64,000 bases of DNA. It comes from a virus. The stretch lies in the IMG/VR virus record IMGVR_UViG_3300023276_001265. One strand, given 5' to 3'. The position numbers were made by a program, and so were the translations under genes. Positions within the stretch are counted from its first letter, which is position 1, and every line of letters starts with the position of its first letter. Below are positions 45,536 through 55,136 of the stretch, piece after piece. The notes below the pieces were generated by a model that did no database searches, was not told the DNA's origin, and saw only the letters and a program-made list of their open reading frames with translations.

Positions 45536-45880
45536 ATGCACATCAAAAAGGACGACATCCCGCTCGTTGCAGCGCCGCTGGACGATCTCTGGATCAAGTT
45601 TGACACCCAGTCTCTAGGCGCTGTTATCTGGGTTTCGTCCGTGTCGTCTGGCGCCACGTTCGAAATTTCGAGTGGCGTGACGGCTGAGCCAGGACTTCTC
45701 ACGGTTCCAGTTGTGACTACCCTAGGTCAGAAGGGTCTCGTCGCCCTGACAACACTCCCTCTTGGTGCTGGAGACGTTTCGCACCGCTACGTGCGAGTGC
45801 GCCCTACTGCTGGACAGATATCTGTTTCAGTGGCCGGACCCCTTGGGTTTAGCCACCACATGAAGGTGCTGATCACGTAA
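45536..45880 (+). CDS. Small beta-rich hypothetical protein
   Basis: GGAG SD, operon packing. Confidence 0.65.
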   Translation: MHIKKDDIPLVAAPLDDLWIKFDTQSLGAVIWVSSVSSGATFEISSGVTAEPGLLTVPVVTTLGQKGLVALTTLPLGAGDVSHRYVRVRPTAGQISVSVAGPLGFSHHMKVLIT

Positions 45881-45890
45881 CCTGGCATCA

Positions 45891-47741
45891 ATGCCACTGA
45901 ATAGGTCAGCCCAGATGTCACTACAGCGATCTGCCTTAGTACTACGTGAGTCCGAGAGTATTGCCTGTCGGGCTTATCATCTAGTTGAGCATCAAGAGCT
46001 CGAACTGGAACACGCTCTTTACCGGAGCCCCCTGATTCTCCTTGATGAAGGCTTGGCCGGAGATGCGGCCAGAGGAATCGGAAGAGGACTTGGCTGGGCA
46101 GGCAAGGGAATTGCCGGAGGGATCGGCAGGGGGATCGGTCACGTAGGCAAAACAGCGTTCGATGCCGGAAGTCACGCCGCTAAGAAGGTTGCTGGCGGTG
46201 TCGCTGATACGGCTGTGAACTTTGCCCGTGGAGCAGCTGGAGGGGGCGATGATAAGGCCAAGGAGACCGCAGCTTACGCCCTTGGCAATAGGATGCAGTC
46301 GACACAGGTCGGCGGTAAGACCGCAGGAGGTGCTTTGGCCGGTGCTGCAATTGGCTCAGCCATCGCTCCTGGCGTTGGAACGGCCATCGGCGCTGGTATA
46401 GGTGCGGCAGCCCCTCACATCGCCAGTGGGGCAGCAAAAGCTGGTAAGAGCATCGCCGGTGGGGCAGCGGCGGCTGGACGCGGCGCAGCAAAAGCTGGTA
46501 AGTGGGTGCGCCAGAAGTGGCAGGACCGTGGGGGCGGTCCAACCGCAGATGCGCCAACTGGGGACGAACACGGCCCTGTAAGATCAACACAGAATGCCCA
46601 AGATGCCCCGTTTACAAGGTGGGAAGCAGGTGAAAAGGAAAAAGCAGCCATTAACGCAAGGGCTACTGCTGCTGGTGACGACACACCGAAACTAGACACG
46701 TTTAATATGAATCCGGAAGCCGCCGCCGCCGAGCGCAACCGGACCGCTAAGGCCTCTAAGGCTACGGCTGATGCCTTACAAAAGCAGCAATGGACACAAG
46801 GTAAGGCGATAGCCAATGCCGGACCTTCCGCCGAATTCGCGGATCAAGCTCGCAAGCAGGCACGACTTGATAAGGTAGCCAAGGCAAAAGCGGCAGCAGT
46901 TCTACCGCCCGATGCTGTACCTAGCATCGGACCCAGCGCACGGGCAGCGGCAGCACCAACGGCAGCACCAACGGCAGCACCAACGGCAGCGCCAACACCA
47001 GCAGCTTCTGATGCCAGTGCGATGAGCCAGGCCTACGCCCAGGGCGCCCAGACTCAGAGGGCGCCATTCTCCTACCCAGAAGGCGCCAAGCCTGAGGTCA
47101 AGCCTGAGGTCGAGCTGACCCCACAACAAAAGAACGACCAGGCCTCTGCTGATTTTGCAAATCAGCAAAACATTAACAGGAGAAATACTCAGCAGACTAA
47201 TCAGCCAACATCCAACATCCCGAGTAACCTTAAAGGTGGGGGAGCGCCAGTTGCTGCCCAAGGCCAGCAACTTCCAAGTAATCTTGGAGGAGGAGCAGCG
47301 CCAGTCGCCAGTAACCCAGAAGCCAACCCTCTCGGTGACCCTACTGGAGATGGTGAGCAGATAGACCTTCACGACACACCACCGCACGCAGCAGCGCCTC
47401 CAGGTGGTGCTGCCCAGGCTATTCCGAATATCGGAGGAAAGAGGGAAAAGTCAGCTGGCGGTGGCGGTGGTAATGCTGATGACGCGGCCAGTTTAATGCC
47501 AGGCGTCGAAAACGCTGGCGACGATGATGATCCAACAAGCTGCAACAAACAAGCTGATGGCTCCACAAAGTGCTACAACCGAAGCCTGTCGAAGAAGGGC
47601 TTGAAGGGTAACGTAGGGCGCAAGCCATCAGGAAAAACAGCAACGGCAACACCGACAGCATCGGTTAATGCGCTGATCGACTCCTTCGATTACTCACGAA
47701 CCTTCAGAGCTAGGACCTGCCGGTTCAAGCTGCTAGCCTAG
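45891..47741 (+). CDS. Ala/Gly-rich protein with glycine zipper, putative head-interior / ejection protein
   Basis: VLRE, LVE, LLDE N-terminal segment, GxxxG zipper (GALAGAAIGSAIAPGVGTAIGAGIGA), disordered C-terminal half. Confidence 0.6.
   Translation: MPLNRSAQMSLQRSALVLRESESIACRAYHLVEHQELELEHALYRSPLILLDEGLAGDAARGIGRGLGWAGKGIAGGIGRGIGHVGKTAFDAGSHAAKKVAGGVADTAVNFARGAAGGGDDKAKETAAYALGNRMQSTQVGGKTAGGALAGAAIGSAIAPGVGTAIGAGIGAAAPHIASGAAKAGKSIAGGAAAAGRGAAKAGKWVRQKWQDRGGGPTADAPTGDEHGPVRSTQNAQDAPFTRWEAGEKEKAAINARATAAGDDTPKLDTFNMNPEAAAAERNRTAKASKATADALQKQQWTQGKAIANAGPSAEFADQARKQARLDKVAKAKAAAVLPPDAVPSIGPSARAAAAPTAAPTAAPTAAPTPAASDASAMSQAYAQGAQTQRAPFSYPEGAKPEVKPEVELTPQQKNDQASADFANQQNINRRNTQQTNQPTSNIPSNLKGGGAPVAAQGQQLPSNLGGGAAPVASNPEANPLGDPTGDGEQIDLHDTPPHAAAPPGGAAQAIPNIGGKREKSAGGGGGNADDAASLMPGVENAGDDDDPTSCNKQADGSTKCYNRSLSKKGLKGNVGRKPSGKTATATPTASVNALIDSFDYSRTFRARTCRFKLLA
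46950..46997 (+). repeat. 12-bp coding tandem repeat x4 (AAPT)
   Basis: GCAGCACCAACG x3 plus GCAGCGCCAACA. Confidence 0.9.
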
Positions 47742-48107
47742 GATACCTGGGATATCTAGCCCTTCACTCTTAGCCAGCTTCTTAGCGATGTCGAGGAGTC
47801 CGTTCCCGACGCCTGGTTGCACGCTGCGCAGCTTGTCGATCTCTGCGTCGAGGTCGAGGCCTTCGTACTTGGCGAGCTTCCTCAGCACTACGAGGAAGTC
47901 CTCTACGCACTTGTCCGGGTCTAGCTTTCCAGTCCGGTAGACCACCTTTGATGCGGTCTCTCTAGTAGTTGCTAGAGCTTGGGCCGCATTTAGGATCTCC
48001 TGAGCCATCGGATGATCCCTAGGGATACTTAGACTGATGGGTGCGGTCGGCTGGCCTGTTGGCGGATTAGACAGCCCACCGAGTAAACCGAGTAGATCAC
48101 CAAGCAC
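47733..48107 (-). CDS. Hypothetical protein (124 aa)
   Basis: GGAG SD before GTG, internal repeat KLAKYEGLDL/KLAKSEGLDI. Confidence 0.6.
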   Translation of the reverse strand: MLGDLLGLLGGLSNPPTGQPTAPISLSIPRDHPMAQEILNAAQALATTRETASKVVYRTGKLDPDKCVEDFLVVLRKLAKYEGLDLDAEIDKLRSVQPGVGNGLLDIAKKLAKSEGLDIPGILG

Positions 48108-48125
48108 TTTGTCACTCTCCGATTA

Positions 48126-50666
48126 CTAACCAACGAACATCACAACTGCGCCGCCAGTTATGGCCAGGGATGGTGTCAGTGTTATACCGCCAGCCCCGAG
48201 GGCCGACGAGACTATGGCAGCGGAGAAACCGACATTGTTTTGGAAGGATGTCCCCCACCCACCTGTGAGGGCATCCAACACTCCAGCAATCTCTCCTGAA
48301 GCTGTACACGTGGTATGGACGTGCCCATTGCCGCCACCTGTGGCCATGTGGGTGCCGCCGACCGCCCACTGACCCGCACCGGTGATGAACCCGAAGCTGT
48401 TCGCAGATTCACTGATACTTCTGACAGTCGTGTATCCGGAGAAGATGACGAAGCCGAAGAGAGGGGTAAAGGAGACGACGCCGGTACTTTGACCGGTCAA
48501 AGAGTTGGCCCAGGCTAGAGGAACTACATCGACCTTTAAAGAGGCTGGGTGAGTGTGGTCTGATGCTGAGGCAAGTAGACTTCCAAGAGGGTTAGCAGCG
48601 CCAGACCCACTTTCGATCAAGGGTGGGGTCCCTGTTTCTAGCGCCAGTCCGGCAGGAGGCGCTACCGCTGTCGACCTGATAGTGATGTTGATCCGCCCTG
48701 TTGCTGGATCGTCTTTGACGACGAGTCCAATATCCGCCCCTTCAATGAAGTTGAGCACTCCCTGAGGCGCACTGATTGCCGTTGCGCCTAGGGTAGAGCC
48801 CGTGTCCGTGCCCGCATACTGAGCCCTGACCGACAGAGGAGCTTCGCCTGGTTGCGCGTCGAGGGCCGCATTGAAGTTTGATTTCTCTGCCGTAAACCAC
48901 GCTGGGAAATAGAACTGGTAGTCACCGGCTGGAAGTGTAGCCGCTACTTCAGCGCCAGCGACCACTGTGTAGAACTCAAGAATGTAACGATGCCGGGTCA
49001 TGCTGCCGACGTTGATCGCGGTCGGGCCAACGTAAGGCTTGGCGACTGGAGTGTCGAAGCTCGTGATCGGACCGCCGGTGACCGAGGATATCTCGTAGAA
49101 CCTTCCATCATCGCCTTCGATGATGTCTCCAACGTCGAGATCCGCTGGGGTGTTGATGGTTCCCGCAGCTACAACTACCGTCGACGTGCTCGCCGTGAAG
49201 TTGAGTTGCTGGCCCGCCGCCAGTGTCAGGGCTCCTGGATTACTTGCCCCGCCAGGACCGTAGACCACTCGACCATAGATGATCTGGCCGGTGGTGTTGA
49301 CGAGCTTCTGACCAGTGTCGGAGTCGACAATGGTTGCTACGTTCCGGCTCTCAATTACGGCCCCAGAGACCTCTGTAACGGCACCTTCTCTTAGGCTCAC
49401 GGTTGAGACTGTTGCCGTTGCCGCAGGAGGGCCGCTCTGGTTAATTACCTCGCCGACAAAGAGTGATCCGACAAAATCACCTAACGTGAGTGTGAGCCCG
49501 ACCACCTCTTTAACGATGGCAGTGCCACCGCTCGTAGCTCCTGTTATGAGGAGTCCCGGTGTGAAGGTTCCAACCAGTCCGGTGATCACTACGTCAATGA
49601 ACTCAGATCCATCGTCAGCAATGATTACGGGCACTCCTGCTGGTAAGTTAATTCCGGTAGCAGGGGAGATGTCCTTGTACGGCTCAAAGTCCCTATTGCG
49701 GGCCGCAAATGATCCGGAGACGTTAGCAGAGGTTCCAGGGGCAGCGAGTGTGAACTCGTTGCCTCTGACAGTGATGAGATTTTTACCCAGTCTCCCTGCC
49801 ATGCTTACGTTAGACAGATCAGCTTTAAGACGCGCTGGGAGTCCAGTCGTTTGAGGAAAGAGCGAGTCGAACGTGCTCCCAGCAGTTCCATCGATGAGTT
49901 GGCGTGACGCGATTACCTCTTCTGTAGTGATCGCGGCAGCGATCAGCTTGGTGATCGAGCCGCCCGGCATGAAGCCGATCCGAGTGCCGTCGAACGCTAC
50001 GGGCTCGTGTCGTGTCACGGGTGCTGTCGCAGCAACCGTCAGCACTGCTCCTACCTTTGTCACGACACAGATCAGGACCTCCGCAGCGCCGGACGGTTCT
50101 GGGGTAGTTCTGGTAATAATCGAGCCTAGAGTCGCGGCCCCAACCTCGTAAGACGCCTGAAGGATGACGTAGTAAGTGCCGTCGCTGAATCCTGTGAAGT
50201 CCAGCGAGGTGGTGTCTGTGGTTACCACATCCAGCATGCGATCACTGCGGCCCGCAGATAGTGCAGAACTGGAGACAACACGCCCTATAGAAACATCCTC
50301 TTCTATGAAGAGTGCCACCGTAGCGGATATAGGACCACTAGTGACGGTCTCCCCTGTTTGGAATATCCCGACCACATTGTCTACGAGGATGTAGCCATCG
50401 CTGATTACGCGGATGGTTGCGGTCGCTCCGCTAATACCGCCGAGGATCGCGCTTCCGATAACGAATGACCCTACCAGCGTAGTGAATGTGATGGCCTTAT
50501 CGACCTTGAGATCGAGAACAGCTCCAGTAGGGGACGGGACAAACCCGAGGTAGATCCCACGGGGAAGCCCGAGGAATTTCTTGTTGATGGCATCTGATGT
50601 ATAGCGTTCAGTCCAACGCGCTTTGACGTCGTCCTTTGTGAAAACTTGAACTGGTCCGGCTACCAT
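48126..50666 (-). CDS. Baseplate-attached fibre / peripheral baseplate protein (846 aa)
   Basis: GIYLGF N-terminal motif, F..GE.(V/I)T..SG.TA repeats, ASDHTH fibre motif, position after the wedge genes. Confidence 0.65.
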   Translation of the reverse strand: MVAGPVQVFTKDDVKARWTERYTSDAINKKFLGLPRGIYLGFVPSPTGAVLDLKVDKAITFTTLVGSFVIGSAILGGISGATATIRVISDGYILVDNVVGIFQTGETVTSGPISATVALFIEEDVSIGRVVSSSALSAGRSDRMLDVVTTDTTSLDFTGFSDGTYYVILQASYEVGAATLGSIITRTTPEPSGAAEVLICVVTKVGAVLTVAATAPVTRHEPVAFDGTRIGFMPGGSITKLIAAAITTEEVIASRQLIDGTAGSTFDSLFPQTTGLPARLKADLSNVSMAGRLGKNLITVRGNEFTLAAPGTSANVSGSFAARNRDFEPYKDISPATGINLPAGVPVIIADDGSEFIDVVITGLVGTFTPGLLITGATSGGTAIVKEVVGLTLTLGDFVGSLFVGEVINQSGPPAATATVSTVSLREGAVTEVSGAVIESRNVATIVDSDTGQKLVNTTGQIIYGRVVYGPGGASNPGALTLAAGQQLNFTASTSTVVVAAGTINTPADLDVGDIIEGDDGRFYEISSVTGGPITSFDTPVAKPYVGPTAINVGSMTRHRYILEFYTVVAGAEVAATLPAGDYQFYFPAWFTAEKSNFNAALDAQPGEAPLSVRAQYAGTDTGSTLGATAISAPQGVLNFIEGADIGLVVKDDPATGRINITIRSTAVAPPAGLALETGTPPLIESGSGAANPLGSLLASASDHTHPASLKVDVVPLAWANSLTGQSTGVVSFTPLFGFVIFSGYTTVRSISESANSFGFITGAGQWAVGGTHMATGGGNGHVHTTCTASGEIAGVLDALTGGWGTSFQNNVGFSAAIVSSALGAGGITLTPSLAITGGAVVMFVG

Positions 50667-50668
50667 GC

Positions 50669-52291
50669 TTAAACCCCAGTAATCCTGTCTACGATGCGAA
50701 GGAGTAGGTTATCAAAGTCACCATCAAGGTCGGCGAACGTATCCCAGTTAAAGAAGTAAGGATCGCCAGATGGTGTCGCTGCGAGACTGTCTACGCCGCT
50801 ATCGGCATCACCTTGCGTCATCGGGAAATACTGGTCTCCATCGATTGAATACTCAGGGAGTATTCCAACAGTACGCGCCGGATCGGCCTTTACGATGTAA
50901 TCAATCCTAACCCGACCAGGGAAAGGTTGTGCGGCACTTGTGATGTGGACCGTTGGCTGCAGATTTGTAAAGGTTGCGCCTTCGCCTGTGCGCGTAGCTG
51001 GTAGAAGAAAGTCGGACCCGGTAATGATCCCTTCTTCTACAAGAGCGGAGGCCCCATCCCAGGATGTAACTAGAGTCGTCCCTGCGTTCAGGTCGCGGAT
51101 CAAAAGAGTCTGAAGAATGTTATCGCGGCGTCGGTCATCGGTGTATAGCGTAATGCCGAGGCTCGTCTTGGCCGCTATCGCTGAGGGGAGGATAGTGTTT
51201 GTCAGATCCAAGAACGAAAGAGGAAATAGCTTACTGGTTGTTTTCGCCAACTTGGTGCTACCAGACCCAGAGTAAAACAAGCAGAGGTCGTCAGTCTTGT
51301 TGACGAACATCGACCACATACCGGCATCTCCCGATACGGTTGCGATACCAACGTCACCGACTCCTGTGAAGATGACAGCCGTCCACTGCGGGGCAGGGAC
51401 AACGAGAGGGGCTTCCCAGCTCGCGTCGAGCGAGTAGATCCTGATAGGACCATTGACCGTCTTCGGCTGCATAAAGTAGAGATTGCCATCCCAGCTTGCA
51501 AAGCTCCCGAGCAGGTTCGCTGAGCCCGATGCTCCCGTAAGGAACGTGTCGCTTCCGGTATCCGGTGCAGCGTTTACGAATGATGTGCTCGACGAAAAGT
51601 TTCCAGTGGCACCGCTGTTAAGACCGGTGACTACATCACCTATGGCAAAGCCAGTTCCTGAGACCGTATCAATGCGAAGCAGGGAACCGCTGAAGCTCCT
51701 GACCACACCTGTAGTTAGGCTAACGCTTCCGGTAACGGTCTCACCTGCTGTGTAGGCCCCTACGATACCGGCGAGCGTAATGAACCTGGCTAGGGGCGCA
51801 TAACTCCACAGACCAATCGCCGTTGCAAACCAAATGGCGCCACGATATACGATTGAGTCTCCACCGTTTGATGCGCCGATTACGGCCAGCTCAGTCAAAG
51901 GCGTTGACCACGTAGTTCCGTCAGTAGACGACGAGACCGAGATTCCGTCCCCCGCGCCCGCTTCGTCTGACCACAGGGCCACAACGGTGTCATTGACGAT
52001 CTGTAAGCAGATTGGCGTAAGGACATGCCCAACTAGAGGAGAGAACGGCCCAGCAACGACGGACCATGTCCCAGCTATCAGCTGGTGAACTTCTATGTCC
52101 CCGACGGCGGACACGACGAGTATCAGGGGATTTCCCTGGAATACGGTGTAGATATTCACACAACGCGCTGGAAATGGCGCTGCAGTTTGCACGCCAGTGA
52201 TGACAGTGCCTAAATCTGTGGCCGTAGCCTCCACCGTGTTGATGGTTACTGGCTGGCCAGTCGACCTCTTTAGCGCAAACGCTTTAGCCAT
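50669..52291 (-). CDS. Baseplate-associated protein, probable beta-propeller with inserted repeat module
   Basis: Asp-box-like SSTDGTTW, GETVTG/GDVVTG module, baseplate operon context. Confidence 0.6.
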   Translation of the reverse strand: MAKAFALKRSTGQPVTINTVEATATDLGTVITGVQTAAPFPARCVNIYTVFQGNPLILVVSAVGDIEVHQLIAGTWSVVAGPFSPLVGHVLTPICLQIVNDTVVALWSDEAGAGDGISVSSSTDGTTWSTPLTELAVIGASNGGDSIVYRGAIWFATAIGLWSYAPLARFITLAGIVGAYTAGETVTGSVSLTTGVVRSFSGSLLRIDTVSGTGFAIGDVVTGLNSGATGNFSSSTSFVNAAPDTGSDTFLTGASGSANLLGSFASWDGNLYFMQPKTVNGPIRIYSLDASWEAPLVVPAPQWTAVIFTGVGDVGIATVSGDAGMWSMFVNKTDDLCLFYSGSGSTKLAKTTSKLFPLSFLDLTNTILPSAIAAKTSLGITLYTDDRRRDNILQTLLIRDLNAGTTLVTSWDGASALVEEGIITGSDFLLPATRTGEGATFTNLQPTVHITSAAQPFPGRVRIDYIVKADPARTVGILPEYSIDGDQYFPMTQGDADSGVDSLAATPSGDPYFFNWDTFADLDGDFDNLLLRIVDRITGV

Positions 52292-52301
52292 TTAACCCTC
52301 T

Positions 52302-54110
52302 CTAGACCGCGACGTCTGCTGATACAGGACCGGTTGTCCATACCTGCGAAGTTGCTAGTTGATTTCCGACCACTGAAGCTGACCACACGGCAGCTGCGGA
52401 CGAGTCCGCATTAACCCCAGCTATCCGCCACACCTGTGATGACGCACGTGCCCCATCGAACGAAATTTTATCAAACTCGACGTGAATCGGCCTAAAAGAC
52501 TCTAGAGCGAGCAGAACTCGGGCCGCGACATCGGTAAAGTTCTCGATTTCGGTGTTGTCTGGGGTAAAGAAGAAGAGTCTCAGTGAGTGAGACCGGCACT
52601 CACCATCGGTGATGATCCCTCCCCTAATTCTCACAGGTCTGAGCGTGTCGGGCCATTCTTCGTATCTGTCCGTCTTGATGAGGTCTATAGGCAGGAGGTC
52701 CGCACTCACCTCATCGTAGGACGCTAAGAACTGGGTAGGGCCAGCAGTAAGTAGTTCGACAACGAAGTTAACCGTGGAACCGGCCAGAAGAGGCACAGTC
52801 TCTCCGACCATCGATCCGCCGATGTAATCAATTGTGCCGTACGAGATTGCGTCAATGGTGGCCGAGTTGGCCCCAGAGGTAATAGTTTCCCCAACAGAAA
52901 ATCCTGGGAGAGTGATCAATTCGACGTTGATAGCTGATCCGCTGACACTTCCCACCAACCCTACAGAGGTGCTAGTGCCGCCAGTGACCTCGTCATCTGC
53001 GATAAACGCGCCAACTATGGCTGAGAGCGTAAGGCGAGCCCGTAGAGGACCAGGCACTAGTTGAGTGGTAATTCCGGCGATAGCGCGGCCTGAGCCCGTC
53101 AGACAGCGCAGAACTTCTCCGGGAGTGAACCCGGCAAGCGTGGTAATCCGGTCAATGATCATGAAAGACGTTTTGAAGTCTCTGAGAACTGCGGTAGTCC
53201 CAGATGTTTCTCCTACGAACGTATCCCCAGCAGCGATTACATCTGGCGAGGTGATGGTAACCGTAGCTGTAGCGAGAGACGTGGTGTCGAGGATAGCGCC
53301 TGTCCCAAACACGCCAGCAGTAGTGACAACATTGATAGAGGAGGCGCCTATGGCGATGATCGTCCCGGTTGTGGCGCCCTGGGTGACCGTGTTGCCGACT
53401 CCGAAAAGCCCGACGATTGACGTGAGAGACAGAGTAGTAGTAGGGGTAATATCGATGCGAGTAAGTGGACCGTTTTGCTGATTGCCAGTTCCGAATAGCG
53501 AACCAAGTTCGTCATCGCTGATCTGTTCCGAAATACCGTATTTCGTGGTCACGTTGATGTGTAAGGTTCCAGGGCCGATAGGACGTGGATTGAGGAGAGT
53601 TGTGGAAAGATCGAACGGAGTTGCGAGCTCTCCAATAGTGCTGAGAACATGGTCCGCAGGCCCACAGGTCTGGGCCCACAGTGGGGTGGTCGTAACGAGC
53701 AGTCCTTCAAATGCGGCAGTGATGTCGTAACCCTTATCGGTGCCCTTATTCACCCAGAGTGTGCTGGCATTGAGGACCGAGCTTCGCTGTAGGCCTTCAG
53801 ACTTGGTTGGATCGACCGTAATCCCGACGTTGTAGGCCAGCTGCGGGAGTTGGTCTAACGGAACCCTGATCGCATCCCACAGAGTTAAAAACTGGTGCCA
53901 TTTGATCCGTAGATCCTGGTAGGACGGTTTGAGCGCCGATTGGAACTTTCTTAGTGGCTGCTGGACCGAGCTTCCTGTTGGACCTTCTTCATCACAATCC
54001 CTGTAAGTCTCTGGAATAGCTTTCCAGAGCATCTCTTCGGCCCAATCACCAAACCCGAATTGGTGACTTCCGAACGGATTGTGTCCCCAACCGATAGAGG
54101 AATCAGGCAC
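52302..54110 (-). CDS. Baseplate wedge protein (P2 gpI / T4 gp7-like) with inserted repeats
   Basis: IP..YR..D, L..LA...G, KGT..G, and C-terminal LE.FRP.H motifs. Confidence 0.7.
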   Translation of the reverse strand: MPDSSIGWGHNPFGSHQFGFGDWAEEMLWKAIPETYRDCDEEGPTGSSVQQPLRKFQSALKPSYQDLRIKWHQFLTLWDAIRVPLDQLPQLAYNVGITVDPTKSEGLQRSSVLNASTLWVNKGTDKGYDITAAFEGLLVTTTPLWAQTCGPADHVLSTIGELATPFDLSTTLLNPRPIGPGTLHINVTTKYGISEQISDDELGSLFGTGNQQNGPLTRIDITPTTTLSLTSIVGLFGVGNTVTQGATTGTIIAIGASSINVVTTAGVFGTGAILDTTSLATATVTITSPDVIAAGDTFVGETSGTTAVLRDFKTSFMIIDRITTLAGFTPGEVLRCLTGSGRAIAGITTQLVPGPLRARLTLSAIVGAFIADDEVTGGTSTSVGLVGSVSGSAINVELITLPGFSVGETITSGANSATIDAISYGTIDYIGGSMVGETVPLLAGSTVNFVVELLTAGPTQFLASYDEVSADLLPIDLIKTDRYEEWPDTLRPVRIRGGIITDGECRSHSLRLFFFTPDNTEIENFTDVAARVLLALESFRPIHVEFDKISFDGARASSQVWRIAGVNADSSAAAVWSASVVGNQLATSQVWTTGPVSADVAV

Positions 54111-55123
54111 TAGAACTCGACCTCGCGGAAGACGGTGAACCTCTCACCGGTAACCGCAGGAATGGTGATCGTGACCAGACCAGATGGTAGATCCAGTGTG
54201 TAGTCATCTGGAGCAGATTGGATCGAACCGTTTCGGTGGAACTCGATGCGCTGCAGAGCTGGGTAATCCAGAGATGTGACAAGCATGTCGATTTGGAAGG
54301 TCCCTGAGAGGGGATCAACGACACGCGGCGCCATATGTTGGTGATCGCCGGTAGTAATGATTGGAGGGAAGGTCTCCATCAAGATGACGAATCGCTCTGG
54401 ATCCGGATCGAGGAGGTTCGGCCGAAAGCTGGGTACTACAAGCGTGACCAGTCCGGTACCAGTGTCTACAGAGTAATCATCTGGCTCACTCTGGAACTCG
54501 CCGTTACGGAAGAGCCTAATCCGCTTGAGGAGCGCCGGGGCGAAGCTGGCAATGTTCAGATCAAGGATTGATGTCCCTGAAAGTGGGGGCTCTATGATCT
54601 TCGCCGTCTGATGCTCGTGTGGTTGGACAGTAGATCCGGTGCCTCCACCGAATATCTCTCCAGACTCTCCATCCTTCAGGGACTTTCCGTCAGCGAAGAA
54701 TACAGTTGTCCCTACCCGCGTGGCGAGGAGAGTGATGTCGTGGAGTCGTGTGCCAGGAATTAGAGTGATCGGGCCAACAATTAGAGAGGCGATCTGATTT
54801 CCAACGAGCAGTCGGGGGTGCTTGAAATAGGCACACTCGCCATCCAGTAGTACTACAGAACCACCGGGGGCAGGCGGACCTTGAATGGTGATGTTCCAGA
54901 CCGTTGTCTTGGTGCGGATTTCCACTGGGTTCGACCATATAAGAGCGCCCGTAGTGGCGCTCCAGGAGAAAGACCCACCTCCGGACCACACAAAGTTATC
55001 GTTCTCAGCAAGAGCCCAATCGGCCATGTCGGTAGCGAGAAAGTAAGACTTGATGGTCGGGTAGTAGGGCTCCTCGAACTCTGTCGGGATCGGGAATTCA
55101 TTTTGTGGGGTTAGGTCGGCCAT
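54110..55123 (-). CDS. Baseplate-associated protein with duplicated C-terminal domain
   Basis: Two copies of H.H....PLSGT...RI...RNG..QS.PDDY..D..GLVT. Confidence 0.65.
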   Translation of the reverse strand: MADLTPQNEFPIPTEFEEPYYPTIKSYFLATDMADWALAENDNFVWSGGGSFSWSATTGALIWSNPVEIRTKTTVWNITIQGPPAPGGSVVLLDGECAYFKHPRLLVGNQIASLIVGPITLIPGTRLHDITLLATRVGTTVFFADGKSLKDGESGEIFGGGTGSTVQPHEHQTAKIIEPPLSGTSILDLNIASFAPALLKRIRLFRNGEFQSEPDDYSVDTGTGLVTLVVPSFRPNLLDPDPERFVILMETFPPIITTGDHQHMAPRVVDPLSGTFQIDMLVTSLDYPALQRIEFHRNGSIQSAPDDYTLDLPSGLVTITIPAVTGERFTVFREVEF

Positions 55124-55136
55124 TGTTTCCTATCTC

